From contig MU058285.1 in NCBI GenBank assembly GCA_013265495.1, positions 183,145 through 203,144 on the forward strand: a stretch of 20,000 nt of DNA, in the 5' to 3' direction. The position numbers and the translations under genes are program-made. Each line of letters begins with the position of its first letter. The stretch's first letter is position 1. A model generated the notes under the pieces. It was not told the origin of the DNA and ran no database searches. It saw only the letters and a list, made by a program, of their open reading frames with translations. Shown here one piece after another: positions 1 through 9,814 of the stretch. The DNA is from Vicugna vicugna. Taxonomy: Eukaryota.

Positions 1-590
1 AGAAAGCAGAGAAAGTTCATTTTAGACTCCAGCAAGGTAGTATCTGCATAAGGTCTGACCTTAGAGTTTATTCTGGGTAATGAGGGTGAAAAGACATCAG
101 TGAAGTGAAGAACAATGAACACTGAGAGAATCGATGGATTCAAAGTCCCAGTAGGGCAGCTGGGTTGTTGGCATTCGGGTTCTAGAAGAAATAAGCTTGA
201 AAGATCAAAGGTGCCAGTTAGTAATTGGGATACATGGTTAAAATTATCCAAGAGCTCAGTTGTCAGTAATGACAAGGTTTAGGGAACTGCCATGGCAGGG
301 AATAAGTAAGGAAGTATGGAAGACAGGAGTATTGGAGGAGAGAAAGGGTGCTAGAAGGACTATCCACTTATGTAATGAAAACAAGAGTAGTATCAGAAAG
401 AAAGAGTGAGCAAGAAATTCAGATCACAAAGAAAAGAGATAGCTACCTGAAGGTAAATGGCAGTAGCAGAGTATTAACCTGAGGACATGGGATTCAGATA
501 TAGGAAGTTTTAGGAAAGTTGGGGGCAGGATAGAGACAGGACGACAAAGACACTCAGCCAATATTTAAATCTGGTGGCACAAGAGTTATC
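1..590 (-). mobile_element. Old LINE2 (L2) fragment
   Basis: Purine-rich decayed sequence with L2-like phrases (gtcagtaatgacaaggtttagg, gtattggaggag, ggactatccac). Recognised from memory; boundaries approximate. Confidence 0.5.
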
Positions 591-635
591 AGGGAAAAAC
601 AAACAAACAAAAACAAGTCACAATTTGAGACTTAC

Positions 636-758
636 AGCAGTGCGTGGCCTTGCAGTAGACCTTTCTCTGCTCCAAACTCTGATGTTTCCATTTGTTTGGT
701 CACTGTGCATCAGGCACACAAACTTTTCTTTGGTAAATCTTTTCCAGACTTGATATAT
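636..758 (-). pseudogene. Fossil exon of RGS22/RGSL1-like gene (IYQVWKRFTKEKFVCLMHSDQTNGNIRVWSRERSTARPRTA)
   Basis: Minus strand: acceptor ttctatttggtAG (760-759), 123 bp open in phase 0, donor GTAAGT (635-630). Continues in phase from the exon ending at 1332 (...IQEKLNSY|IYQVWKRF), which resembles an RGS C-terminal helix. Confidence 0.55.
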
Positions 759-1331
759 CTACCAAATAGAATTTTTGACAGCATAATTTGTGCTTTAGGA
801 GTCTATTGTGTTATTAAAATGACTTATTTTAAGTTCATAGACTATAATATTTTTACACATAATTAAATGTTTGACACAATAAATAATTTACAGCCAAGTA
901 GCAGAAGTTTTACCAAATGGATTCAGAAAATATTATATTTTGGGTCAATAAAATATTCTATGATAATATAAAAAAGGAATATAGTGTTGTCTCATTCCTT
1001 GGATTAAATACGTGGCACATTATTTCCAAATGTTATAGGAAAATAGTCATCTTTGGTTTCCACTTCCAGACGGTGAAATGACAGCCAATTCTGTTGAGAA
1101 AGGAAAAGCATATTCTAAATGTAATGTTTTTCCAGTCCATGGCATCCAGAAAGATATTTTTTCATTTGTACCATTTAAATGTCTTAGCCTTTACTACCTT
1201 AAGAATTTCATTATATATGAAAATCATATGTTTTAGTCATTGAAATAGGTATTTTAAACAATTGAAATATTTTTGAAAAATTGATGTTGATTTTTATCAT
1301 ATTCTTTTACTTCCTAAAAACTTTGACTTAC

Positions 1332-2001
1332 GTAAGAGTTTAGCTTTTCTTGAATCTCTGCGTTAGGCAGTTAGATGAGTGGGGGCACCAGGCAGATAAG
1401 ATGGAGTAGAGGGAGGATGGTTCCGAAGATGGTGATATGCTTGCCTTCAGCCAAAAGGGGCTTTACTCCCTTTAAATGAGCACCAGCAAGAAACCGGTTG
1501 GGATTAGACAGCCACAACTGAATTGTAAGGACAAGGACCTAACCGGACATGACCCAGTGCTCATTGTAATATAATTAGCATTGTGGTTTAGTCCCTCGCC
1601 CCCATGAGTTTTTCTGTGTGCATCATGGGTAAGGACATGCACAGAGAGGATCAGACATGACTAAGCTCTCCAGGGGGCAAGAGCTGTCAATCAATCAAGA
1701 GACCACCTCTAAGTTAGTGTATGAGGCAGAGGTGCCAAGAAAAACTGGGGCTGCCGTCCTCTCTTGGATCAGCTCAGCTTCTGCTCCTGGAGGTGTACTT
1801 TCACTTTGCTAATAAAATCTTTAGCTACACAATGCTTCTGTCTCCCATCTGAATTCTTTTCTTTTGGGTGAGACAAGAACCAAGGCCTCCCCCTTTTCGG
1901 GTAACATCTGTGCTAATGAATTCTTTTCATTTATTTTGGAATTATCACATTTCTAACACAGCTCATTATAGATTTTTTATGTGAACATTCTTACATAATT
2001 A
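1332..2001 (-). pseudogene. Fossil exon interrupted by a solo LTR (..VRNVIIPK*MK/EFISTEIQEKLNSY)
   Basis: Donor GTAAGT at 1331-1326. Removing LTR 1361-1906 and one TCTG TSD joins ATTAGCA-CAGA-GATTCAAGAAAAGCTAAACTCTTAC in frame. Stop and frameshift upstream; acceptor uncertain (AG at 1954-1953, or decayed near 2002). Confidence 0.5.
1361..1906 (+). mobile_element. ERV1-type solo LTR, copy 1
   Basis: Termini CGTTAGG...GGGTAACA, 4-bp TSD TCTG (1357-1360 and 1907-1910), AATAAA at 1811-1816, colinear with 9842-10394. Confidence 0.9.
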
Positions 2002-2689
2002 TTATAGAAAAATATATAATACAGAAAATTAAAAAAGACTGAGAAAGCACTCCTGTGCCTAATACCAGTATAACTTTGCTAATATTGTAGCAAAATTTCA
2101 TTCTGAATTGTAATTTCTTTTAAAAATTTTTTTAAATTTCTTGAAGAGTATTCTGATGGGTTGTGAATTATATTCTATCAATATGAAAATATTATTTTAC
2201 TATTATTTCCCAGTTAAAACGTATAAAACCAGGTGTGCCATGTAGCAGTTAATAAAAGGAAAGAGCTGTTTACTTAGCAAAGTTGTTGAAACCAAGTCTG
2301 TCGATGAGCCTTACAGTGTGTTTCTCAGTAATAGAAGCCTAAGAAAATCTGGGCTCCCACACAACTTGGTTTAAATGTCAGTAAAACTTTTGTCATATGG
2401 TGGTGTGGCAAGTTCTTTATTTGAGGACAAGACTGTATTCTCTCTCTCTTTTTTTAACAGCTCAGTGATTTAATTCAACTTACAATTATTAAGTGTTTGC
2501 TATGTGACAATCATTCTGCAGTGTGAGGAAAAATTAAACAGGCTTCTGTAACATCTCTAACCAACTGTGCCCCACAATTTTCAATGTTTATTTCAGCATG
2601 ATGCATTCAATTTGGCTGTTGAATTGAAAACTGCAAAATTTGGTTAATTTACTTATACATCAATGATTTTAAGTAATTCAATGTATAGT

Positions 2690-3043
2690 TGAAACTGAGC
2701 AGGACCCTGTGGGACCCTGCTGGCTACAAATTCTTTCCAAGTTCCCCTGTCTCTCGTTAGTAAGAAATAGGCTCACTCAGCCTCCCAGACCTCACCTGAG
2801 TTCCAGAGGGCAAATTCAAACCTTTGTTTCTTCCGGAAGGGAAGGAATGCAGAAACAAAGGAGGAGCAATCAAGAAACAATAGTACAGAAACAAAGCAGG
2901 GACCTGGTTCCTCCTCCTGCATTTCAAAGAATATACATAACAGTACCTTTGATTCTTCTTCAGGAACTAACACCCCACCCCTCCAGGTGAAATGGTAACT
3001 TCTTGCTGAGCACAAGATACCTTCCGTCACCGAATATTCCGCC
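2690..3043 (+). mobile_element. 3'-truncated ERV1-type LTR
   Basis: Starts TGAAACTGAGCAGGACCCTGTGGG, which I recall as a laurasiatherian ERV1 LTR 5' end. No polyA signal, CA terminus or TSD found; right end approximate. Confidence 0.6.
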
Positions 3044-3065
3044 AAATGCCAGCCAAATCACAAAC

Positions 3066-3420
3066 CTGAGGTCTTTTGTTCAGAAAGTTGTGCCACATAA
3101 ATGTGCCATTTGAGAAGTCGTAGAGAATCCACTCGTGTAACACAGCTCCAAGTTTCAGAGTACTGAGAGTCTTATCTCAAGCTTTGGAGACTAAGAATTG
3201 GAAAGAGCGATCTTAAACCTCTCCACGGTAATAGAACAAGAGTTCAATACCACTATGCAAACTTTGAAAAGCCTCCTGTCAGAAGTTAACAGCTTAGACT
3301 CCGGGGTGCTTCAAAATCATTGTGTCTTAGATACAATGTCCAGCAAAGGGGACCTTTGCAGTCAGTAATGGAAAGTGCTGCTTTAACGTGGATGAAATGG
3401 GGCAAGTAGTATCTCACCAT
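3066..3420 (-). pseudogene. Fossil exon, first RGS-like domain of RGS22/RGSL1-like gene
   Basis: Acceptor ctttctcttttaatAG (3422-3421), donor CAG|GTTTGT (3065). With frameshifts it reads MVRYYLPHFIH / STFHY*L / AFQSLHSGIELLFY / ITVERFK..KLEIRLSVL*NLELCY..SQMAHLCG. This is colinear with recalled RGSL1 'RLPFF..CFHYILC..GEELVDFW..LEVR..LRATHL..SRVVTLC' and RGS22 'RLPAFLESDCYFEYRL'. Confidence 0.7.
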
Positions 3421-4168
3421 CTATTAAAAGAGAAAGTTAACATGTTCCATCAGATAAACGGAGCTCATGTGTTTGATTGTACTGAACGATGCTCAGGATT
3501 GGGGAACTGGTTGAATGGGGTGTGGGGAAAATGTGCTCTGATTGTTCTTTTCTGTGTGTTCACCCTCCTTCAAATCTGTGCTCTTTCCTCCCCTTGCATA
3601 TGTCTTACCACTCAGTTACTAACTTGATTTCTCTCTCCACAGTCACCAGCTCAGCTTTTTGTATGTGAAATTTCCAGGGAAACTTCAGAGCAGGGAACTG
3701 ATGGGGCGCGGGGCAGGCCACCTCAAGATGCGTCACTCTGGAATGTGAATTATTTTGAATTTAAAACAAGTAAAGCCCAAAAGATTTAGGATGAGCCTTT
3801 GAACATCATCCTGACTGCCTGAAAGAATTCAAGATAGAAGGCCTGTTCCAGGAAGGAGCTATCACCACAGATAGTAAAATATGAATTAAGTGTGTAGAAC
3901 CTAGCAAGGCCCATCTGATCAAAGGTCTCTCTGGGTCCCATTGCCTCCAGATGGCCCACCAAACATTTGTTTCCCGATCATTAGCTGTTCTTCATCTTCC
4001 TGTGAATTACTTGACTTCCTCTTGAAGTCCCAGTTCCCTACCTCCTTTTCCTAAGTCTAGAATGATGTATATCCCCTCACCTTGTCTTACCGTTTTCAGA
4101 ACTCTTCATGCTTTTGTGAATTCCTCATACATACTGTCCATGAAAATTAATTAATAGTCAGTCTATAT

Positions 4169-4251
4169 GGGGGAGGGTATAGCTCAGTGACAGAGTGCAT
4201 GCTTAGAATTCACGAGGTCCTGGGTTCAATCCCCAGTGCTTCTGTTAAAAA

Positions 4252-4283
<32 letters not shown>

Positions 4284-4367
4284 CAAACAAACAAATAAAT
4301 AAATAAATAAATAAATAAATAAACAAACCAAATTACCTCCTCCACCCATATAAAATAAATAAATAAA
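4169..4367 (+). mobile_element. tRNA-derived SINE (camelid Vic-1-like)
   Basis: A-box TAGCTCAGTG, B-box GGTTCAATCCC, AATTACCTCC linker and A-rich tail. About 14-bp TSD AATAGTCAGTCTAT / AATGATCAGTCTAT (4153-4166, 4368-4381). Confidence 0.9.
4252..4328 (+). repeat. Compound microsatellite (TAAG)n(AAAC)n(AAAT)n within the SINE
   Basis: Directly visible tetranucleotide arrays. Confidence 0.95.
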
Positions 4368-5278
4368 AATGATCAGTCTATGAAAGAAGTGGAAAGTTTT
4401 ATTCTAGCCAAATTTAAGGATGATAGCATGGGAAAGTTCTGAGATGCTGTTCCACCAATCAGAAGTCAAGGCACTGTTACATAAGTTTGAGACAGAGAGC
4501 TGTACATTAAATGATGTATTCTCGACAGTCTACATGCCATTGTGGCCCCTTACAAGATCAAGAAGGAATGTTATCTTTAAAGTGTTGTCTTGTTGATGCT
4601 GGGAGAATGCTGCTCTTTATGGTTGAGCAGGTCTTTCTGCCAACAGGGGAGTTTTGGTCAGTGCGTAAAAGCAGATACACAATGCACAGCGGTGGGGAGA
4701 GAGGAGGCCAAAGGGTAGAGGACATTTTTACATTTAACTTTTTTCATGTCTTGCCATAAAATACGAATTTTATTTCATGATATGTAAAATTTGATTTTCT
4801 CCTGCTAATCTGCCTTATGTCATTTTAATTGCCAGCCAAAAATACTAAGAGAGGAAAGAGGGGAATAACTCTCTTCTCCCACAACATATAAAATGGGTTT
4901 CATGTCTTAACATTTAAAGTTACTACTATTAGTAATACTAAAAATGCATATCTTAAAGTCTATCATCTTACTGTGAATTAATAAATCAACATAATTTTGT
5001 ACATTCGAGGTCAGATGTTATCAAACATAGTGTCTCACATCAACATATCTGAAATAACAAGTTAAGTATAGGAGGTTTTTCTGGGTTTTCGTTTGTTGGT
5101 TTCTGGCTTACAGTGGTGTTTAAAATTTGATGTTAAAATAGGATCTATACAAATAGTTTGATTTTTGTACTTATTTTTATTAATGCAGTATTTGCTTATG
5201 ACACACAAACAGAATAATACTGAAAGGTTCACAACCTTTTAGCTTAAGCTGTTTCTCATTCCTAACTTATCCTACTCT

Positions 5279-5885
5279 TGTTACCAAACCAGATTCCTTT
5301 GCCCGACACGCAGCAAGCCAAATGCTGAGAGGCCAAGGTGTACAGCTGAGAAAGTGTTTATTCACAAGGCAGCCAAGTGACGAGACAGGGAACAAGTCTC
5401 AGGTCCACTTCCCTGAAGGCAGGGGCTTGGAACCTTTGTGGGATGAGCAGGGAGGTCTTAGCCATGGGGAAAGGCGACTAGAGGCAGGGGAGACGGTGAG
5501 ATAGTAGGTGCCCTTCTCGGGTGCCTCTGAGCATCTGCACATTCAAAATGGCGGCACTTGGCATGACCTGAGGGTGGAGTTTTCTGGTCCTTTGAGGTCT
5601 GCACAGGCCTAGTTTTAGGGCTGGTGACCAAACAGCCTGAAGCTGGCTGCCACCTGGCAGGAGCTGACTCCTAGTTCCTGTAGAACAACCAGGTTGCCTG
5701 AAGCTAGGAAGGTATGCAATTAAAGAGAGAAAAAAAGAGAACATTAACTAAAGTGAACTTAATAAAGGAAGTTTAACAAGCAAAGGGGTTTTAAGAAGCT
5801 GCTACCTCATCTGTTGTTCCGCAAGACAAGCTCAAGAATTTCTATTAGTAATCAGCCTCCATTAACCCTATTGTGCACAGTTCCA
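5279..5885 (-). mobile_element. ERV1-type solo LTR
   Basis: TGTTACC...AGTTCCA termini, perfect TSD CTCT (5275-5278, 5886-5889), minus-strand AATAAA near 5357-5362. Confidence 0.9.
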
Positions 5886-5889
5886 CTCT

Positions 5890-6990
5890 CCATCCACTTG
5901 GTCTCCTGGAACAGTGATTGATTGATTGATTGATTCAGTTCTTGTAGCTTTTTCTTCTGTGGCTGTTTCTTATTACAGGAAAGTAATTGTAAATGTAAAA
6001 TACATATATCAATATATACCCATTATACATGTAAAATATAGATATATATGTAGGTATAATTACATTTTTATATACTTATTTTATTTTTATTTTTGTCAGA
6101 GTAGTATTTGCTCATAGTATAATAATAAAATAGATCACTCCTGAGTCAAATGGTGTACCATTATTATACATCATCTCTTGTACAAGTTGTATTTCCTGGA
6201 AATAATCATTGCTTTATTTTCTTACACAGTATATTAGTTTTTCCGTTAGATTGCTTAATCTTGTGGCCAAAGTCACCATTTCGCAGCTTTTGATTACTTT
6301 TTTCTAGGCCCTATATCTTCTTCCTTCTTGGTTCATTCCTCATTTTGCAAGTTTTGGACATAGGAGATAGCATTTGAGGTCCTCGTGTTTGGAAATGTCT
6401 TTATTCTACCTTCACACTTGACTCATACCTTGGCAGGACATAGAATTCTGGGAATTTTGTGGGCATTAATCCCTTTGTAACTCAAAGTGTAGTCACGGAA
6501 CCGGCAGCGCCAGCATCATCCGAGAGCTCGTTAGAAAAGGCCTCAGACCAACTGAGCCAGAATCTGCATTTTAACAAGATCTCTGGTGATTTGTATGCAT
6601 GCAAACATTTGAGAAGCACTGGTCTAACCTGGCGTGTTGCTATTCCTTTGTATATGATCTTGTTTCATTTGGGACTGAAGAAGCAGTGAGTCATTTACAA
6701 CTTGAAAATTATGTCCTTTGTTTCTGGGAAATGCCCTTGTATAATTTTCAGATAACTCCTTCTCTGCCATTTCATCTCCTAACTGGAATATCCCCTAAAT
6801 GGATGTGGAACCTCCTAGATTGATCCCCTAAATCTTTACCTTTTTACTTCTTTTTCACTCTTTTCATCTATTTTTCTTTCTAAAAAATTTGTTACACTTA
6901 CACCTTCCTTCTCCACTGAGCTCTGTGTATCACTTATCATAGTTGTAATTGTAATCTCAGGGAGCCCTCCCTTTTTTCTTATTGTTCCTT
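5890..6990 (-). mobile_element. Old L1 (L1M/HAL1-like) fragments
   Basis: T-rich decayed sequence with L1M-like phrases (aaatgtctttattctaccttcacacttga, atagaattctggg, ggaacctcctagattgatcc); interrupted by MER5A1. Confidence 0.45.
6473..6621. mobile_element. MER5A1-like hAT-Charlie DNA transposon
   Basis: ACTCAAAGTGTAGTC..CAGCATCA..GTTAGAAA..AGAATCTGCATTTTAACAAGATC..TTTGAGAAGCACTG. Confidence 0.85.
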
Positions 6991-6994
6991 TTAC

Positions 6995-7165
6995 ATCTCA
7001 TTGTCCAGAACCTGATTATAAGACACACTTACCTGCATGGGATGCTGAAAAAATGTATCTTTTCAGTCCAGGAAGAAGTGTGACCTGATAAAAAAATCAG
7101 TATTCTGCTGCTAAGTAAAGGGAGAGAGTGGGGTGTGATTGGCAACTACAAGCTTCTACGACAAG
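6995..7165 (-). mobile_element. MLT1J/K-like MaLR LTR fragment
   Basis: cattgtccagaac..ctgcatgggatgctgaaaaaatgta..ggcaacta pattern typical of MLT1. Confidence 0.55.
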
Positions 7166-7587
7166 TTCCAAATATCTAACTTGTTTCAGCTGAAATAGTT
7201 AATGTGTCATCTGTTTACTTGTTTGGTTTACATCTATCTATAAGCCTTCTTGTCCTGAATAAGAATAAGTAATAACTAGTAAACACTGGAGAAAAATTAT
7301 TTTAAATAGGATAATTATTTGAAAATGAAAATATCTGAATCAAATACCATTTCAATTTTTAAATTCAAAATAGTGCTTCAATTTAGCGTTAACCAACCCC
7401 GTACTTTCTAAAATATGTAAGATCTGTTAATATAATCAAATTATGCTTATAACAAATTGCAGTCAGAGGACTGATTCTTGTAGAGGTTAGTGTGTACCAG
7501 TTACTTTTATTCCCTGGAACAAAGTCTGACTTCTCTATTACTGAAAGGATTATCCCCGTTGATTGCTCAGACTTGGAAGGACAGGCC

Positions 7588-8293
7588 TGTAGAGCTGAGA
7601 CAGAAAAGATACATGGCCTAGTAAATTTCATCAGTCAAACTAACCTGGTGTAAGCCTTGATGGTTAGTAGCTCTTTTTGTAATGCAAGTGCCTGACTTAA
7701 GCTTTGACGGCCAAGGCATTTCACTTCAAAGAAGCATCCATTTCAAAGAGGCATTGGACAAGGTTATCTGGAATAAACATTTTGCCAGATAAAGAGCCAA
7801 CTGCCTTCCTCATCTGAAACAGCTTTGTTTTAGAAATCTTGGCCAATTTTGATAACTGACCATTTGGACCACTTCTTTTTTCTCTTCAAGCTTCAGATCT
7901 TCAAATTCCCACCTTTCTATTTTACATTCACCAACAAAGAGCTGCCCAGGAAACCCTAGACCCCCAACCCTAAGCCCCAAAAGAACACAACCCCAGGCCC
8001 ATTCTCTCTCCTTCTCTCTCTCTCTCTTTCCTTACAGGATACCTCCCGCATGCCCTCTGGCATGCCTCTTAAACTCTAAAGCTTGTAATTAACATATTCT
8101 TTTTTTCCTTCAAAATTCCTAATGGTTTTTGCTCAAGGGCATCTTACAATCATAATAAAAATTATAAGGGCTCTCCAGTGTAGCATTGGTTTGGAAAGGG
8201 GAGATGTCTGTGGGAAGCTCTTTGGGACCCAGGTGAGTGGCCCCAGGTATTTCTAGCCAACAGCGTTATTTTGGGTAGGCTAAGACTGGCACA
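7588..8293 (+). mobile_element. Old ERV1 LTR (MER89-like)
   Basis: Starts TGTAGAGCTGAGACAGAAAAG..GTAAATTTCATCAGTCAAACTAACC, contains CATCTTACAATCATAATAA, ends AGACTGGCACA. Family from memory; TSD unclear. Confidence 0.6.
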
Positions 8294-8303
8294 AAGCACT
8301 CAC

Positions 8304-8559
8304 CCATGTGGAGATGGATACCATAGTCCCCTTAACCTGACCATCCCATGAACTATTCAGATTACATTTTCACTCTTCCATTTGGTCAGCTCTTGATTAA
8401 AACTACAGAAACCCTAGAATAATTTGTATCTACATATAAATATCAATCATGTAGCAGTGAAACAGTCCTACAGCCCTAAGAACTAAATTTCTCATGGGAG
8501 AGAAAGTATCATTGGAAGATGCAAAGTCTACCCATCATTTGAAATCTGTCATGTTATTC
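8304..8559 (-). pseudogene. Fossil N-terminal exon(s) of RGS22/RGSL1-like gene (probably 8559-8495 and about 8413-8304)
   Basis: Acceptor ttttaccttcAG (8561-8560), donor TGG|GTGAGT (8303). Fragments VDF..ILSLP, FNQELTKW and ISTW parallel recalled RGS22/RGSL1 'VDYFNEFLSLP / FADFFNTFLSLP ... LLTW'. The final W joins in phase 0 to MVRYYLPHF at 3420. Confidence 0.6.
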
Positions 8560-8965
8560 CTGAAGGTAAAACCCTCATTGGATTAGCTAGAGAATATTTT
8601 TAATTGTTTTCCATCACTTCAACCCCATTATTTTAATACTGATATTTCGAGCTATTAAAATATTTGTTAGAAAAAATTATGACTGCCAGATCACAAACAT
8701 AACTTGAACTTTAAAGGAATTTAAGCGGAAATTGATTAGTCTATGTCCTCAGTATGCTGGTTTTATATCTGTCATTATTATACATAAATTTTGTATGTTC
8801 TTTGTCAAAATATACATAAACTTCAAAAGTTTAGAGATTCTATTCATAAAGGTTAATTTTACTTAATTTAGTGTGTAGTATAATGTAATATACTTTACTT
8901 ACATTTATAATATGTTTCTGAACAGGAGATATCTTTTATATATTCTGTCATCTATTTTGTTGCAG

Positions 8966-9172
8966 ATAGAATGATGCAAATAAGGAAGTCTCATTAGTAT
9001 ATAGATCTTTAGTCCTATCAGGTCTTTCTGAGATATTTAAAAAAAAAATCTAAGAAGAACAGCACAACTTAGCTAGGGTCGTTCATGTTACTGGAAACTA
9101 CTGCTTCTGGCAGAGCAATTAAAATTGCTGTTTGCAACTGCCAGAAATAATGAAGTTCGGGATTTATGATGA
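8966..9172 (+). pseudogene. Fossil exon, second half of an RGS-like domain
   Basis: Acceptor ctattttgttgcAG (8964-8965). With frameshifts: NDANKEVSLVYRSL / SYQVFLRYLKKKSK / ASGRAIK / LLFATA / EIMKFGIYD, paralleling recalled RGSL1 'AIFRHLL..ICELYL..LLPSGDVI..AQKEICKML..WYD'. Donor appears decayed (GGAACT at 9173). Confidence 0.6.
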
Positions 9173-9376
9173 GGAACTCAGAGTTATGCTCCTATTTCAT
9201 TTTTAAAGGTGAAAGATTTAAAGTCGATGAGACTTGACCTGATGTGGCTCATTCATTCCAGATATGTGGGAGTGAAGGAATGCCAGCACAAGGCCCAAAA
9301 ATGCTATTGTGAAAGTGGGACAATAAAAAGAAGCTACCAATTGGGCAATGTATTTTTAAATGCTTTGTGTAAAATG

Positions 9377-9418
9377 TAAAACAAAACAAAACAAAACAAA
9401 AAACCAAAAAAAAAAAAA
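9377..9418 (+). repeat. (AAAAC)n and poly-A simple repeat
   Basis: Directly visible. Confidence 0.9.
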
Positions 9419-9814
9419 CCACCTCTCAACTGTTGGTTAACAAAATCAGCAAACTTAAGAGTTGCATATTGATGTCATTATATTCTTTATCTTTATTTTC
9501 CCTACAGATGTTAACTCTCACAACAAGGTGTTCTTCTTCACTAATCTCTAGAAAATTCTCAGTTCCCCAATGAAGCCAGTTTACATTAAAAATAATGTTC
9601 AGAAAAAAGGCTCCCCGTTTCCTTTTTTACCCTTCTGGTTTTCCTGCCACTCTTCTCCCAACATTTTTATTTGCAGCACAGTTTCTACTTTAACATTCTG
9701 TATCCCGACAACCCTGCCTTTTCCTCTGAGGAAAAAAAAAGTAACTGGACAGCTGTAATAGTTATTATTTAATTCTTTTCTCTTTCTCACATGTTTCCAA
9801 ATGTTTGCTTTCAG

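Larger units (their letters stand above)
4135..4779 (-). mobile_element. ERV1-type solo LTR nested in the MER34-like LTR
   Basis: Plus-strand termini TGTCCATGAAAA..TTATTTCATG, TSD ATAC/ATAT (4131-4134, 4780-4783), minus-strand AATAAA near 4398-4403. Confidence 0.7.
3699..4886 (+). mobile_element. MER34/MER39-like ERV1 LTR, split by a nested insertion
   Basis: 5' end TGATGGGG..CAGGCCACCTCAAGATG..TGTGAATTATTTTGA; 3' end CTGCTAATCTGCCTTATGTCA..CTCCCACAACA; interrupted at 4135-4779. Confidence 0.7.

Noticed and set aside
1070..1236. Plus-strand acceptor followed by about 55 open codons
   Set aside because: It is on the opposite strand to neighbouring fossil exons, with no recognisable motif or good donor.
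2709..3045. Overlapping 93-aa and 90-aa ORFs
   Set aside because: Both lie inside an LTR. The ORFs at 4511, 5322, 5478, 10146, 11390 and 11399 are also LTR-derived.
4169..4243. tRNA gene
   Set aside because: The tRNA-like head is followed by a SINE linker, A-rich tail and TSD; the same applies at 17311-17430.
7389..7631. 80-aa minus-strand ORF as an extra exon
   Set aside because: It starts inside the MER89-like LTR and has no clear donor; exons 8304 and 3420 already join in phase without it.
8186..8240. PBS and retroviral splice donor (CAGGTGAGT) after a possible LTR end at 8185
   Set aside because: No convincing tRNA complement; the sequence more likely belongs to the LTR, which appears to end near 8293.
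9508..9575. Strong plus-strand acceptor ttttccctacAG as an exon
   Set aside because: Frames are short with no motif support, and the flanking fossil exons join in phase without it.
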